From an uncultured Bacteroidota bacterium (lineage in GTDB: Bacteria > Bacteroidota > Ignavibacteria > UBA10030 > UBA6906), in NCBI GenBank assembly GCA_963700635.1, contig CAVOYH010000003.1, positions 160,001-224,000 on the forward strand: 64,000 nucleotides of DNA. Direction: 5' to 3'. The stretch's first letter is position 1. Every line of letters starts with the position of its first letter. The position numbers and the translations under genes were made by a program. A model generated the notes under the pieces. The model was not told the DNA's origin. It did no database searches and worked only from the letters and a program-made list of their open reading frames with translations. This document shows, in pieces, positions 49,838-59,117 of this stretch.

Positions 49838-51112
49838 CTATTTCAGAAAGTTGAGAAGCGACTTGGGTATTATTGCCGCCGCGGCACTGAGCGCCGCATC
49901 CAGCATCAGCTGTTCCTGCTTTAACTTCATGCCTATCTCGGCAAGGTCAATGTCCTGGGTCGCAGAACGCAGATCCAGAAGGTGTTCACGCTGTGCGGTC
50001 AGATAATCGTTGGCGTTCGTCAGACTCGAGGAATACGAAGCTGCCCGCGACTGTTCGCGCATCACCACATTCTGCATCATGTCGAGCATGGCCATGTCAT
50101 CGGCGGTCGGACGTTGTCCGCTTCTGAGATGATCTCTCATTTCCAGAAGTTTGTTGAACACGGAGATATTCTGATGGGTGCCGCTCAGTGTTGATGGCGC
50201 GCCGCCGGTGTCACCTTCGGTCATCGTCCCGGCACGAAACATCATGGTCAGAGGAGGCGCCGCCCCACCGGGCACTGCTCCGGCCGGGGACAACATCAGG
50301 GGCGTTCCGCGCACGATGTCGTTTACCTGTCCGGTCACAGGGTCAAAGCTCACCGTCGCTGATCCGCCCGTCAGCGTGGTTCCGGTGGTTCCTGGAGGAA
50401 GCGCTGCCGACAGAGCCCACGTAGTGGCTGCTGTCTTCTTCATGGTGATCTCAATATCGTGCACCACTCCCGTCCCATCGGTGATCTGCATGGTGCTCGT
50501 GACGGTCGCGTTCAGCGGCGCATTCCGGTCAAGCATGCCCCCGAGAGAAATCTCGCCGGTTGATGTGAATGCCGCCATGCCGTTCACGTTTACCACCTGC
50601 GAAACACCTTCGCCCACCTGATACTGTATGGTCCGTGCGTCACCCTGATAGGTTATCTGTGCCGGACTGCCGGTGCGGACAAACGGAGGGGAACCGGTTC
50701 TTGTCCCGCCAAAAATGTACTTCTGATCAAACTGGGTGTTTGCGATTTCGGTCCCGATCGCGAGATACTGGTCCACCTGATTGGCGAATTGATTCAGCAG
50801 AGCCAGATCGCCGGTGCCCACGGCACCGTTGAGTAAGGACTTTACGTCACCCAGCAGATCTGACACACGACCGAGGCTGTCTGCCGTCACCTTCACAAGA
50901 CTCTGCCCCTGAACAACGTTGTTTTTGAACGTCCCTAGGCGGTCCAGGTCTGCATTGAGCCGCAGGATGGTACTCGCCGCGGCGGGGTCATCGGAAACGC
51001 GAAGGATGCGTTTCTGAGTTGCCAGCTGGGTATTCAGGCGGTTTATCCGGCCCTTGCTGCGATTGATGCTGGACAGGAAGTCCCCGATAATCGACGTATC
51101 TGCTATGCGCAT
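49838..51112 (-). CDS. flgL: Flagellar hook-associated protein 3 with internal insert
   Basis: LATQKRI...SDDP, ANTQFDQKYIFGG, YQGD, C-terminal SLLNFLK; follows flgK. Confidence 0.9.
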   Translation of the reverse strand: MRIADTSIIGDFLSSINRSKGRINRLNTQLATQKRILRVSDDPAAASTILRLNADLDRLGTFKNNVVQGQSLVKVTADSLGRVSDLLGDVKSLLNGAVGTGDLALLNQFANQVDQYLAIGTEIANTQFDQKYIFGGTRTGSPPFVRTGSPAQITYQGDARTIQYQVGEGVSQVVNVNGMAAFTSTGEISLGGMLDRNAPLNATVTSTMQITDGTGVVHDIEITMKKTAATTWALSAALPPGTTGTTLTGGSATVSFDPVTGQVNDIVRGTPLMLSPAGAVPGGAAPPLTMMFRAGTMTEGDTGGAPSTLSGTHQNISVFNKLLEMRDHLRSGQRPTADDMAMLDMMQNVVMREQSRAASYSSSLTNANDYLTAQREHLLDLRSATQDIDLAEIGMKLKQEQLMLDAALSAAAAIIPKSLLNFLK

Positions 51113-51114
51113 GG

Positions 51115-52557
51115 CTACACCATACTCAGTAGTGTCTGGAACATTTCGTCTGCAGTATTCACCAATCGCGCCGCCGCATCAAAGGCACGCTGAAACCTGA
51201 TCATGTTCGTCATTTCCTCATCCAGGGACACACCGGAGACCGCATCGCGCTGGCCGGCCAGCTGACCGATGACCAATTCCTGCGATTCGATCAACACGTC
51301 TGCCGCGTTCACTTGCGATCCGATCTGCGTCACACTCTGATTGTAGTATTGCGAAAGGGAAAGACCATCAAACAGTGTAGCCCCGCCGGAATCGGTGATC
51401 GGCTTACGATTGAATGCTTCAGCAATAAGCAGGGCAATATCATTGTTGCCTGAAGCGGTTGTGGATGAAGAGGCTGCAATGTTGGCGATGCTCGGACCTG
51501 ATCCTGCAGCTGCGCCCCCTGAGGTATCCGTCAGGTCTAAACCTATCGTCGCAGCGCTGGTGCCCATAAAGAAGTTGATGCCGTTGAGCGGTGGGTTCTG
51601 AATACCGTAGCCCGCGGCATGGTGGCGGTTTACCTCGGCGATAAGCCCTTCGGCCAGGCGATCCAGTCGGCCGAGAGCATTGGGAATAGTCGTGTTGTAC
51701 GATTTCAGGAGTCCGCCTGATTTCCCGCCGGTCAGATTGAGTTCGTTTCCCAGCTCGGTCACAACCCGTAGTTGCTCAAAGGATGATCCGGATGCCGTGG
51801 TGGTGGTTCCCGGAACCACACGCAGCCGCAACGAAGCGCCGTTGTCGGCTATGACGCTGCCACCGAGCACGACCATGACGGATCCGCGGTCGTCTTCATT
51901 CACCTGGATATTGGCAAGCGTCGACAGTTCTTCCAGTTTTGTATCGCGGAGGTCTTTCATGTCGCCCGTATTCATCCCACCGACGGCTGCCGCGGTGATC
52001 TGAACGTTGAGCTTGCTGATCTCGTCCGTCAGGGTATTAATCCGGTCAATCGTGGACCCGACCTCATCGCGTATCGAGTTACGAAGGGAGGTCATGTCGG
52101 TGCTCAAACGGCGGAACGTATCCGTGACCTTCTTGCCTTCCACCATCAGGGCATTACGCAAAACAGAGTCTTCGGGGTTTGTCGAAAGGTCGTGCCATGA
52201 ACGGAAAAAACCGTTCAGCACGCCGCTCAGCCCCGAGCTTGAAGGTTCGTTAAATGTTGCCTCGATCTGGCTCAGGATCTGATATTCCGATCCGGCCATG
52301 CTGAGCGAGGAGCTTGATGAGCGTATCTGCTGGTCTACAAACTGGTTTCGCAGCCGCGACACACTCTGCACCATCACGCCGGTCCCCAGCAGTCCTGACT
52401 GTGTTTGTGTTGGAGAGGTCGTGACGAAGTCAGCGCGCTGGCGTGAATAACCCGGCGTGCTCGCGTTTGCAATGTTGTGTCCGGTCACGCTCATGCCATA
52501 CTGCTGGGCGAGCAATGCGCGGCGTGCAGTTTCCAGTACTTGTGATATTCCAGACAT
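51115..52557 (-). CDS. flgK: Flagellar hook-associated protein 1
   Basis: GHNIANASTPGYSRQ; SGVSLDEEMTNMIRFQRAFDAAAR. Confidence 0.96.
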   Translation of the reverse strand: MSGISQVLETARRALLAQQYGMSVTGHNIANASTPGYSRQRADFVTTSPTQTQSGLLGTGVMVQSVSRLRNQFVDQQIRSSSSSLSMAGSEYQILSQIEATFNEPSSSGLSGVLNGFFRSWHDLSTNPEDSVLRNALMVEGKKVTDTFRRLSTDMTSLRNSIRDEVGSTIDRINTLTDEISKLNVQITAAAVGGMNTGDMKDLRDTKLEELSTLANIQVNEDDRGSVMVVLGGSVIADNGASLRLRVVPGTTTTASGSSFEQLRVVTELGNELNLTGGKSGGLLKSYNTTIPNALGRLDRLAEGLIAEVNRHHAAGYGIQNPPLNGINFFMGTSAATIGLDLTDTSGGAAAGSGPSIANIAASSSTTASGNNDIALLIAEAFNRKPITDSGGATLFDGLSLSQYYNQSVTQIGSQVNAADVLIESQELVIGQLAGQRDAVSGVSLDEEMTNMIRFQRAFDAAARLVNTADEMFQTLLSMV

Positions 52558-52578
52558 CAGGGTCTCTCCTCTTAATCG

Positions 52579-53037
52579 TTACACACGGTGATCGACAAGT
52601 TGTCGCGTGTGATCGTCGGTCACGAGACGTAACGTGTCTTGCACAAATCGAAGTGACCGCTGGAGCAGCATCCGGTTCTGGTCGTTCATGTGCAGGATCC
52701 GTTCGACCACCGTCCGGAGCCGTTTCGCCATTGTGGAGATCCGTACGGCGTCTCCCGCTGCGAGAAAGTCCAGCAGTTCAACGACAGTAATATCACGCTG
52801 TTTACCGACGGGGAGAGATGAGGTATCACCCACCAGTTCGGCCGTCAGCCGCGCGCGTTCCGCTTCCAATTCCCGGAAGGGTGTAAGGAGTTTGTCCTCC
52901 TCGACTACCAACGACGAGAGGATATCACTCTGGAGCCCTACAATGGACCGTTGTTTACGGCTGAGCAGAAGAAGCAACGCCTCGCCAACCTCCACTTCGG
53001 TCTCCATGACCCGTTCGAGTTCTTCAATTTTCGTCAT
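52579..53037 (-). CDS. flgN: Flagellar export chaperone FlgN
   Basis: Helical protein with NDQNRMLL motif directly upstream of flgK; start moved to MTKIEEL. Confidence 0.8.
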   Translation of the reverse strand: MTKIEELERVMETEVEVGEALLLLLSRKQRSIVGLQSDILSSLVVEEDKLLTPFRELEAERARLTAELVGDTSSLPVGKQRDITVVELLDFLAAGDAVRISTMAKRLRTVVERILHMNDQNRMLLQRSLRFVQDTLRLVTDDHTRQLVDHRV

Positions 53038-53971
53038 TGGTGCCTGACTCCTGTTGTTCAAAGTGGCGCAGATACTGGAGCACTTTACCGACATATGCCT
53101 GTGTTTCTTTGTAGGGAGGAATCCCCTTGTGCTTTTCAACGGCACCCGGACCCGCATTATAGGACGCAAGCGCGTGTTCCACGTTTCCCCGGAACCGATT
53201 CAGTAGTTGACTCAAATACTTGGCGCCACCGTTCACGTTCTGCTGTGGATCCCAGACGTTTCGCACACCCATGGCGGCTGCCGTGGAGTCAATAAGTTGC
53301 ATCAATCCCTTCGCCTGCTTTGATGATTGGGCGGTCGTACGTCCGGCGGACTCCGTAGCAATCACGGCTTTCAGCAAACTGGCATCCACGCCGTGCATTT
53401 CTGCAGCATCGCGGATAATCGGGGAAAGCGCTTCCATACGGCGGCGGACCGTATCGGGAGGCGCTGCGGACGTTGTGCTTATCGTACCCATTCCACTTAC
53501 CGCTGACTTCGGGAGCGTTTCATGCCGCGCCGGAACCGGGGCCGACCCGGGTGTTCCTGCACCATCGGACCGGGCAGCAGGTTTTGCTGCGACACCAGCC
53601 CGGGCAGAAGCAGGGACGGCCGCGGACACCGACCCGGCCCGGGTGACCGGATGTGACGTCGGGGTCATTGTGCGCGGCATTTCTTCTCCTGTGATTTCCT
53701 TGTACAACATCTCCCCCAGGCCAAGATTGCTCCCGCGGGATACATGGCGGGCCAGTTCGACGTCAAACATTCCCTCCAGCATATCCCCGCCATAACTCTC
53801 ACCGAACATCTCATCTTTGGGAATGCTCGAACGCATGCTCTTGAGCATGTAGCCCACCAGCACGGCCTCAAACTCCTTCACCGCGTGCTGTAGGCGGAGT
53901 TTCTGCTTTGCATCCAGCGGTTGCTGGGTCTGCGCAGCCTGCGTCTGTTGTGTGGAACTCACCGGTGCCAT
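53024..53971 (-). CDS. flgJ: FlgJ-type rod-binding domain fused to an SLT lytic transglycosylase
   Basis: EFEAVLVGYMLKSMR...LGLGEML N-domain; IATESAG, AKGLMQL, ASYNAG, YKETQAYV SLT motifs. Confidence 0.85.
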   Translation of the reverse strand: MAPVSSTQQTQAAQTQQPLDAKQKLRLQHAVKEFEAVLVGYMLKSMRSSIPKDEMFGESYGGDMLEGMFDVELARHVSRGSNLGLGEMLYKEITGEEMPRTMTPTSHPVTRAGSVSAAVPASARAGVAAKPAARSDGAGTPGSAPVPARHETLPKSAVSGMGTISTTSAAPPDTVRRRMEALSPIIRDAAEMHGVDASLLKAVIATESAGRTTAQSSKQAKGLMQLIDSTAAAMGVRNVWDPQQNVNGGAKYLSQLLNRFRGNVEHALASYNAGPGAVEKHKGIPPYKETQAYVGKVLQYLRHFEQQESGTNDEN

Positions 53972-55071
53972 TAGATTATTACCAGCTCCGCGTTAAGTGC
54001 GCCCGATCGTTTGAGAGCCTGAAAGATCGCGATGATGTCTCGCGGTGTCACCTTCAGCGCATTCAGTGTCTTCGCCACATCCTGCACCGTCGCAGCACCG
54101 TCGAATGCCATCACGGTTGCGGAATCCTCCGAGGCATACACGGCGGTGAGCTGCGTCGAGACTGTTTGTCCCTGCGAAAATGGACTCGGCTGGGAGATTA
54201 CCGGCATCGATTCAATTTCAATGTTCAACCCGCCGTGTGAAATCGCAGCAGGCAAGATACTCACCGCTCCCCCGACGACGATCGTACCCGTACGCTCGTT
54301 GATGATAACCTTCGCGGTGACATCCGGCGTCACTTCCAGCAGTTCCACGAGGGAGATAAACTCCACCAGACGCCCGTCGGTACGGTACGCCTGCGGAACG
54401 AGGATGGCGATCCGTGAAGCGTCTTCGGGAATGGCGATCCGTTCCCCGATCTTCGTGTTGATGGCTCCCGCAATCCTCGTTGCCGTGGTAAAATCCGCTT
54501 CCATCAGGACGACAGCAATGGTTGAATCCTGTGTGATGGTTGCCTGCACGGCACGCTCCAGAATTGCCCCGCCGGGAATCCTGCCTGTTGCGGTGTGATT
54601 CCGGCGCACTTCGTTTCCGTTCGCCCGGACACTCATGCCCCCGACCGAGAGCGGGCCCTGTGCCATGGCATAGACAACACCGTCGATCCCGGACAGCGGG
54701 GTCAGCAACAACGTTCCTCCCTGCAGACTCGTCCCATCACCCAGAGACGACACGACGACGTCCGCGGTTCCTCCCTCTTTTGCGAATCCCGACACGGTCG
54801 CCGTGATCATGACAGCCGCGACATTCCGCAGACGAAGATCACTCTGCGGCACGGTGATCCCGAACCGTTTTAGCATGCTGGAAACGGACTGGAGGGTGAA
54901 CGTCGAGCGTTGGGTGTCACCCGTCCCATTCAGCCCGACGACCAATCCATACCCGATCATCTGTTGGCTCCTGACACCGTGGACGTAGGCGATATCTTTG
55001 ATCCGGATCGCTCCCGTCGCCTCTGCACAGAGAAGCACAACACCGATAACAATCACATGTATCCTGTTCAT
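53971..55071 (-). CDS. flgI: Flagellar P-ring protein
   Basis: RIKDI, GYGLVVGLNGTGD, NVAAVMITA, SLQGGTLL, INERTGTIV. Confidence 0.97.
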   Translation of the reverse strand: MNRIHVIVIGVVLLCAEATGAIRIKDIAYVHGVRSQQMIGYGLVVGLNGTGDTQRSTFTLQSVSSMLKRFGITVPQSDLRLRNVAAVMITATVSGFAKEGGTADVVVSSLGDGTSLQGGTLLLTPLSGIDGVVYAMAQGPLSVGGMSVRANGNEVRRNHTATGRIPGGAILERAVQATITQDSTIAVVLMEADFTTATRIAGAINTKIGERIAIPEDASRIAILVPQAYRTDGRLVEFISLVELLEVTPDVTAKVIINERTGTIVVGGAVSILPAAISHGGLNIEIESMPVISQPSPFSQGQTVSTQLTAVYASEDSATVMAFDGAATVQDVAKTLNALKVTPRDIIAIFQALKRSGALNAELVII

Positions 55072-55082
55072 GTCACCCTCTC

Positions 55083-55658
55083 TCAAAAGAGCCAGTGTAA
55101 CAACTTCGTGATCCAGCCCGGTCCCTGCGCCCGCGCCACAATACCCCCTCCTTCAAACGCTATCCGCGCGTCTGAGATGTTATAGGAGTAGATGCTGTTG
55201 TCGGCCTGAATGTCGGAGGGACGTACGATGCCCGTGATCGAAATGATCTGTTCTTCGCCGTTGATGATGATCGTACGGTTTCCGGTGATGACCAGGTTGC
55301 CGTTCGACAGGACCGAGTCTACCCGGGCACTGATGCGGGCCCGGATCGATCCGCGGGAAGACGTTGCGCCTTCGCCCTTGAAGGAGTTTCCCGAGCCGAC
55401 ACCGAGCGATACATCGGGGAGGGCCGTTGATCCTGTTTTTCCCGCCGCCGAAAGCGAGAGATTGCTCGCCCGTTCGGCAGAGGTGCTTGCGTCATTGGAT
55501 GCGCTTGAGACCTCCACCACGAGTACGGTGACGGCGTCACCGCTCTGCGTCGCCTTCTGATCGGCAAAGAGTGATCGTCCGATATTGCTGCGCATATCCT
55601 GTGCCGTGAGAGAAACGGCACCCGCCAGAAGTAATGCCGCACACAACCGCGTTTTCAT
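55083..55658 (-). CDS. flgH: Flagellar L-ring protein
   Basis: SLFADQKA...GDAVTVLV, NGNLVITG, GIVRPSDI...NSI, PGWI. Confidence 0.93.
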   Translation of the reverse strand: MKTRLCAALLLAGAVSLTAQDMRSNIGRSLFADQKATQSGDAVTVLVVEVSSASNDASTSAERASNLSLSAAGKTGSTALPDVSLGVGSGNSFKGEGATSSRGSIRARISARVDSVLSNGNLVITGNRTIIINGEEQIISITGIVRPSDIQADNSIYSYNISDARIAFEGGGIVARAQGPGWITKLLHWLF

Positions 55659-55671
55659 ATTCCTTTCCTTC

Positions 55672-56397
55672 CTAATCGGCCAGAACGGCTACGGTGCGTT
55701 CGTTATGAACTCGGGCCTTTAACCGTTCACCACGTCCGCGTACTGATACGTCAATCACATCACCCCGATGGCCGTCTTCCCGTGCCACCCCCTCGGCCGT
55801 CACGGTCACCGCCCCCGCCTGCACGCGCACATTCACCCGGTCGCCCGCCTGTACTATCGGGACAGACTCGAACAGATCTTCATAGAGGATGCTCCCCTGA
55901 GAAACGATCCGCCGCGTCCGTTTCTCCGCAAGGGAAGCCGGATCCACAGCGAACGGACGATCAATGGACGTCGTTTCCATCCGGAGCACGGCTACATGAT
56001 CTGCCGACGGCGTAGTCCGCCTGGGAATCATCCGGGCTGCAACAAGAACGTCGGCGTAGGTGCGGACCACCGCCGTTATCATACACCGCTGCGCTGATCT
56101 GGCTCCACATTCAATCACAACCACGAACGACACGGCGCCTTTGAACCGCGTGGACCGGCCTGATTCGACGTGCAGTGTGTAGTCGGAGCTTTCCACGCGG
56201 ATACTCTCGGGAACGGAACGGAAGGTGAGTTCGGTATCTCCGTCCACTTCCATTGATCTCTCCGCGATGAATGCACGAACAGCATCCTTCAGCTCTCCTG
56301 CACGGACAACCGGCCGGTCTCCCGCCACAGCCTGCGGGAGAGACAGCAGCAAGAACCCGATCATGAGGGTCGCCGTTATGTGGTGACGCTTATCCAC
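55672..56397 (-). CDS. flgA: P-ring formation chaperone
   Basis: SAF-like C-terminus PIVQAGDRV...GVAREDGHRGDVI; located between flgG and flgH. Confidence 0.85.
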   Translation of the reverse strand: MDKRHHITATLMIGFLLLSLPQAVAGDRPVVRAGELKDAVRAFIAERSMEVDGDTELTFRSVPESIRVESSDYTLHVESGRSTRFKGAVSFVVVIECGARSAQRCMITAVVRTYADVLVAARMIPRRTTPSADHVAVLRMETTSIDRPFAVDPASLAEKRTRRIVSQGSILYEDLFESVPIVQAGDRVNVRVQAGAVTVTAEGVAREDGHRGDVIDVSVRGRGERLKARVHNERTVAVLAD

Positions 56398-57181
56398 GTT
56401 TGATGTTATTTGCGATGTTCAACATGTCTTCGACGGTTTTGATCGTCTTGGCATTGATTTCGTAGGCGCGTTGTGCCGTGATCATTCCCACCATTTCTTC
56501 CACAACGTCCACATTGGAAGACTCCAACATCCCCTGGAGAAGTTCGCCGAACCCTTCGCTCCCGGCGGAGCCCACAATCGGCGCACCCGAGGCCGTCGTT
56601 TCAACAAACAGATTCCCTCCGATTGATCTGAGACCGGCCGGATTGATGAACTTTGCCAATTCAAACTGTCCGACCTTTGTGGATTCTCCCCCGCCCGAGG
56701 AGGTGGCCTCGATGGTCCCGTCACGGCCTATCGAGATCGTCATGGTATCATCGGAAAACGTCATCGAGGGCTCCACAAGGTATCCCTGGGCGGTCACCAT
56801 TGACCCTTCGCCCGAGATCTTGAAAGCTCCGTCACGCGTATACGCGAGCGTCCCGTCGGGACGCCGGACCTGGAGGAAGCCTTCACCTTCAATCGCAACA
56901 TCCAGCTGATTCTGGGTGGGTTGGATGTCACCCTGGAGGAAACTTTTCATGGTGGACACAGGAACCGCACCGGTACCGACCTGCAGTTCCATCGGCTGCT
57001 GTACATTCGGATTCTGCGACGTCCCCGTGCTTTTGAGGGTCTGGTACATCAGATCCTGGAATTCCGGCCGGCTTTTCTTGAAGCCTGTCGTGTTTACGTT
57101 CGCCAGGTTATGGGCGATCGTATCGATATTGAGCTGTTGGGCAAACATTCCGGTTGCCGCAGTACGCAATGCTCTGTTCAT
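56390..57181 (-). CDS. flgG: Flagellar distal rod protein
   Basis: AATGMFAQQ...NLANVNTTGFKKSRPEFQDLMYQ, YTRDG, LESSNV...AQRAYE. Confidence 0.97.
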   Translation of the reverse strand: MNRALRTAATGMFAQQLNIDTIAHNLANVNTTGFKKSRPEFQDLMYQTLKSTGTSQNPNVQQPMELQVGTGAVPVSTMKSFLQGDIQPTQNQLDVAIEGEGFLQVRRPDGTLAYTRDGAFKISGEGSMVTAQGYLVEPSMTFSDDTMTISIGRDGTIEATSSGGGESTKVGQFELAKFINPAGLRSIGGNLFVETTASGAPIVGSAGSEGFGELLQGMLESSNVDVVEEMVGMITAQRAYEINAKTIKTVEDMLNIANNIKRG

Positions 57182-57207
57182 CTGGTGTGCCTCTCTCCTT
57201 GTGGTTG

Positions 57208-57951
57208 CTACATCCGGCCGATATCCATCGTCCGGTCCAGAGTCGCGTCCTGCGACTGAATCATCCTTTGATCTGCTTCAAAAGCCCTGCTGAGCTCAAT
57301 CATGGCTATCATTTCTTCGATTCCTTCTACATTCGATTCTTCAAGGAATCCCTGACGTATGGAGACAGAATCCGATGGAACATCGCGCAGCATTTCACCC
57401 TGGTTCAGGAACAGAAGTGATTCATGATCCTTCTGGAGTGCCGTGGGGTTTTCCGCTGCAACGACCCGCAGGGTCCCGAGGGGCTCATTGTTATGCACGA
57501 CCTCTCCCGTCACATTAATCGCGATCGTATCCTGCTTGATTTTGTCCGTCTGCGGCATCTGAATCCGGCCTTTTGTTCCCAGCACAGGATATCCTTCCGC
57601 GGTAACGAGCGTGCCATCGGTGCTCAAGGAAAAGTTCCCGTTCCGTGTCAGCCGCATGCCACGAGGGGTCTCCACGGCGAAGAAGCCGTCACCCGCCAGC
57701 GCGAGGTCAAACGGATTCCCTGTCTGACGCAGTGCCCCGGCCGAGAGGTCGATATACCGCTGGGTCTCCACGCCGCTGAGATCTGAGCGCCCGTCTGGAC
57801 GGGCATTGGAAGACTCCTCCAGCATCCGGACAAACACTCGATCCCGTTTGAAGCCCGTGGTGTTGATGTTGGCCAGGTTGTTGGCGAGCACTTCCATGCG
57901 TGTCATTTTGGGCCGCATGGCCGCCTCTGACGAGTAGATGCCTTTGATCAT
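57208..57951 (-). CDS. flgF: Flagellar proximal rod protein
   Basis: ANNLANINTTGFKRD, TGNPFDLAL, LTRNGNF, QGFLEESNV; precedes flgG. Confidence 0.9.
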   Translation of the reverse strand: MIKGIYSSEAAMRPKMTRMEVLANNLANINTTGFKRDRVFVRMLEESSNARPDGRSDLSGVETQRYIDLSAGALRQTGNPFDLALAGDGFFAVETPRGMRLTRNGNFSLSTDGTLVTAEGYPVLGTKGRIQMPQTDKIKQDTIAINVTGEVVHNNEPLGTLRVVAAENPTALQKDHESLLFLNQGEMLRDVPSDSVSIRQGFLEESNVEGIEEMIAMIELSRAFEADQRMIQSQDATLDRTMDIGRM

Positions 57952-59117
57952 TGGTGATCCTCCTTCTTCTCCACCACCTGTCCCATGGATTTCAATTTCA
58001 CCGCGAGATCGAATTCCCCTCTTCCCACGCCCAGTTTCCGGGCTGCATGAAGTTGTTGGGTCTTCGTCGTGGCACGGGAAAGAACGGTTTCCATCCGGCC
58101 GGACGTGAGCGTTGGTTCTGTCTGTTCGTGAAAGCGCCGTGCAAGTGTAATCTCTTCGCTCCCCCGCTTGAACGTGCGCGCAAGCTGCAGCGAAGTCTCC
58201 CGGCCATTATCATGCTCTTGTGACTCATCTTCGATCAGGGCGCTGGAAAATGTGTTTCTTCGCGTCGTGCCCGTTTCTTCGTACGCATCGCCGGCAGCAA
58301 TCCCTTCAGGATTCGCCGGGAGTTCAGCGAAGGCAGTGGCGGCCCGGGGGAGCCTTGATTTCCCTGAACGGTGAGCTTTCCGCTGACGCGCCAGATACCA
58401 GGCGCCGAGCATGAGCCCTGTTGAAACCGAGCTTAGCCCCACACTCAGGAGTATGACAAACCCTGTTGAGAATCCGGACACCTGCGTATCCGCCGTCGAA
58501 GGGCCATTGGGAGAATACTCATGCGGGCTATCAGGCTCCATCTGGCGTCGGGCGACAGCCGGGATATCGACAAGAGGGCTCGTGGATGCCTGTCCGGGCG
58601 GTTCCTCTGCCGACGTGCGTGCAGGCTGAGTGCCGGCCGTGGGTCGCGCGGCTGTTCCGGCTTTTGTCGCTGTCGGAGCTGCAGGAGGTGGTGACGTGAT
58701 GCGCTCCGGCGTGCGCCGGACGATGTCACGTCCGTCAACCTCAACAAAGAGTTCGTTTCCGCTGGATGGCCGTACACAGCGGTACGTACTCCCCTCAACG
58801 ATCATCATGCTTACCACAAGGCTGTCGGATGCCGGGCTTGCAAAGGAGATACTCTCCAGCGGACCTGACGGGATGAGCCTCCGCTGGATTGTTCCCGGCG
58901 TTGCGGGCCGTGTACGCGAGAAGATCAGCCGTACGGCTCCTTTTCCCTGTTCTGTTGAAAAGCGCACGTCACCGGAAAACGCGAAGGTCACCTTGGTCCG
59001 ACCACTGTGTGTGGTGTAACGAACGTCTTTGAGGAGTGTTGTCTGGTCCGCACACAGGTGTCCCTGCGCAAGCACCAGAACAGCAACGACCAGAACGACA
59101 CTTGGCAGGCGCATCAT
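57948..59117 (-). CDS. Membrane protein: AMIN-like exported domain, Pro/Ala linker, one TM helix, small C-terminal helical domain
   Basis: Signal peptide; LKDVRY...TKVTF...LFVEV; TM GFVILLSVGL...LGAWYL; AARKLGVGRGEFDLAVKL tail. Confidence 0.6.
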   Translation of the reverse strand: MMRLPSVVLVVAVLVLAQGHLCADQTTLLKDVRYTTHSGRTKVTFAFSGDVRFSTEQGKGAVRLIFSRTRPATPGTIQRRLIPSGPLESISFASPASDSLVVSMMIVEGSTYRCVRPSSGNELFVEVDGRDIVRRTPERITSPPPAAPTATKAGTAARPTAGTQPARTSAEEPPGQASTSPLVDIPAVARRQMEPDSPHEYSPNGPSTADTQVSGFSTGFVILLSVGLSSVSTGLMLGAWYLARQRKAHRSGKSRLPRAATAFAELPANPEGIAAGDAYEETGTTRRNTFSSALIEDESQEHDNGRETSLQLARTFKRGSEEITLARRFHEQTEPTLTSGRMETVLSRATTKTQQLHAARKLGVGRGEFDLAVKLKSMGQVVEKKEDHQ

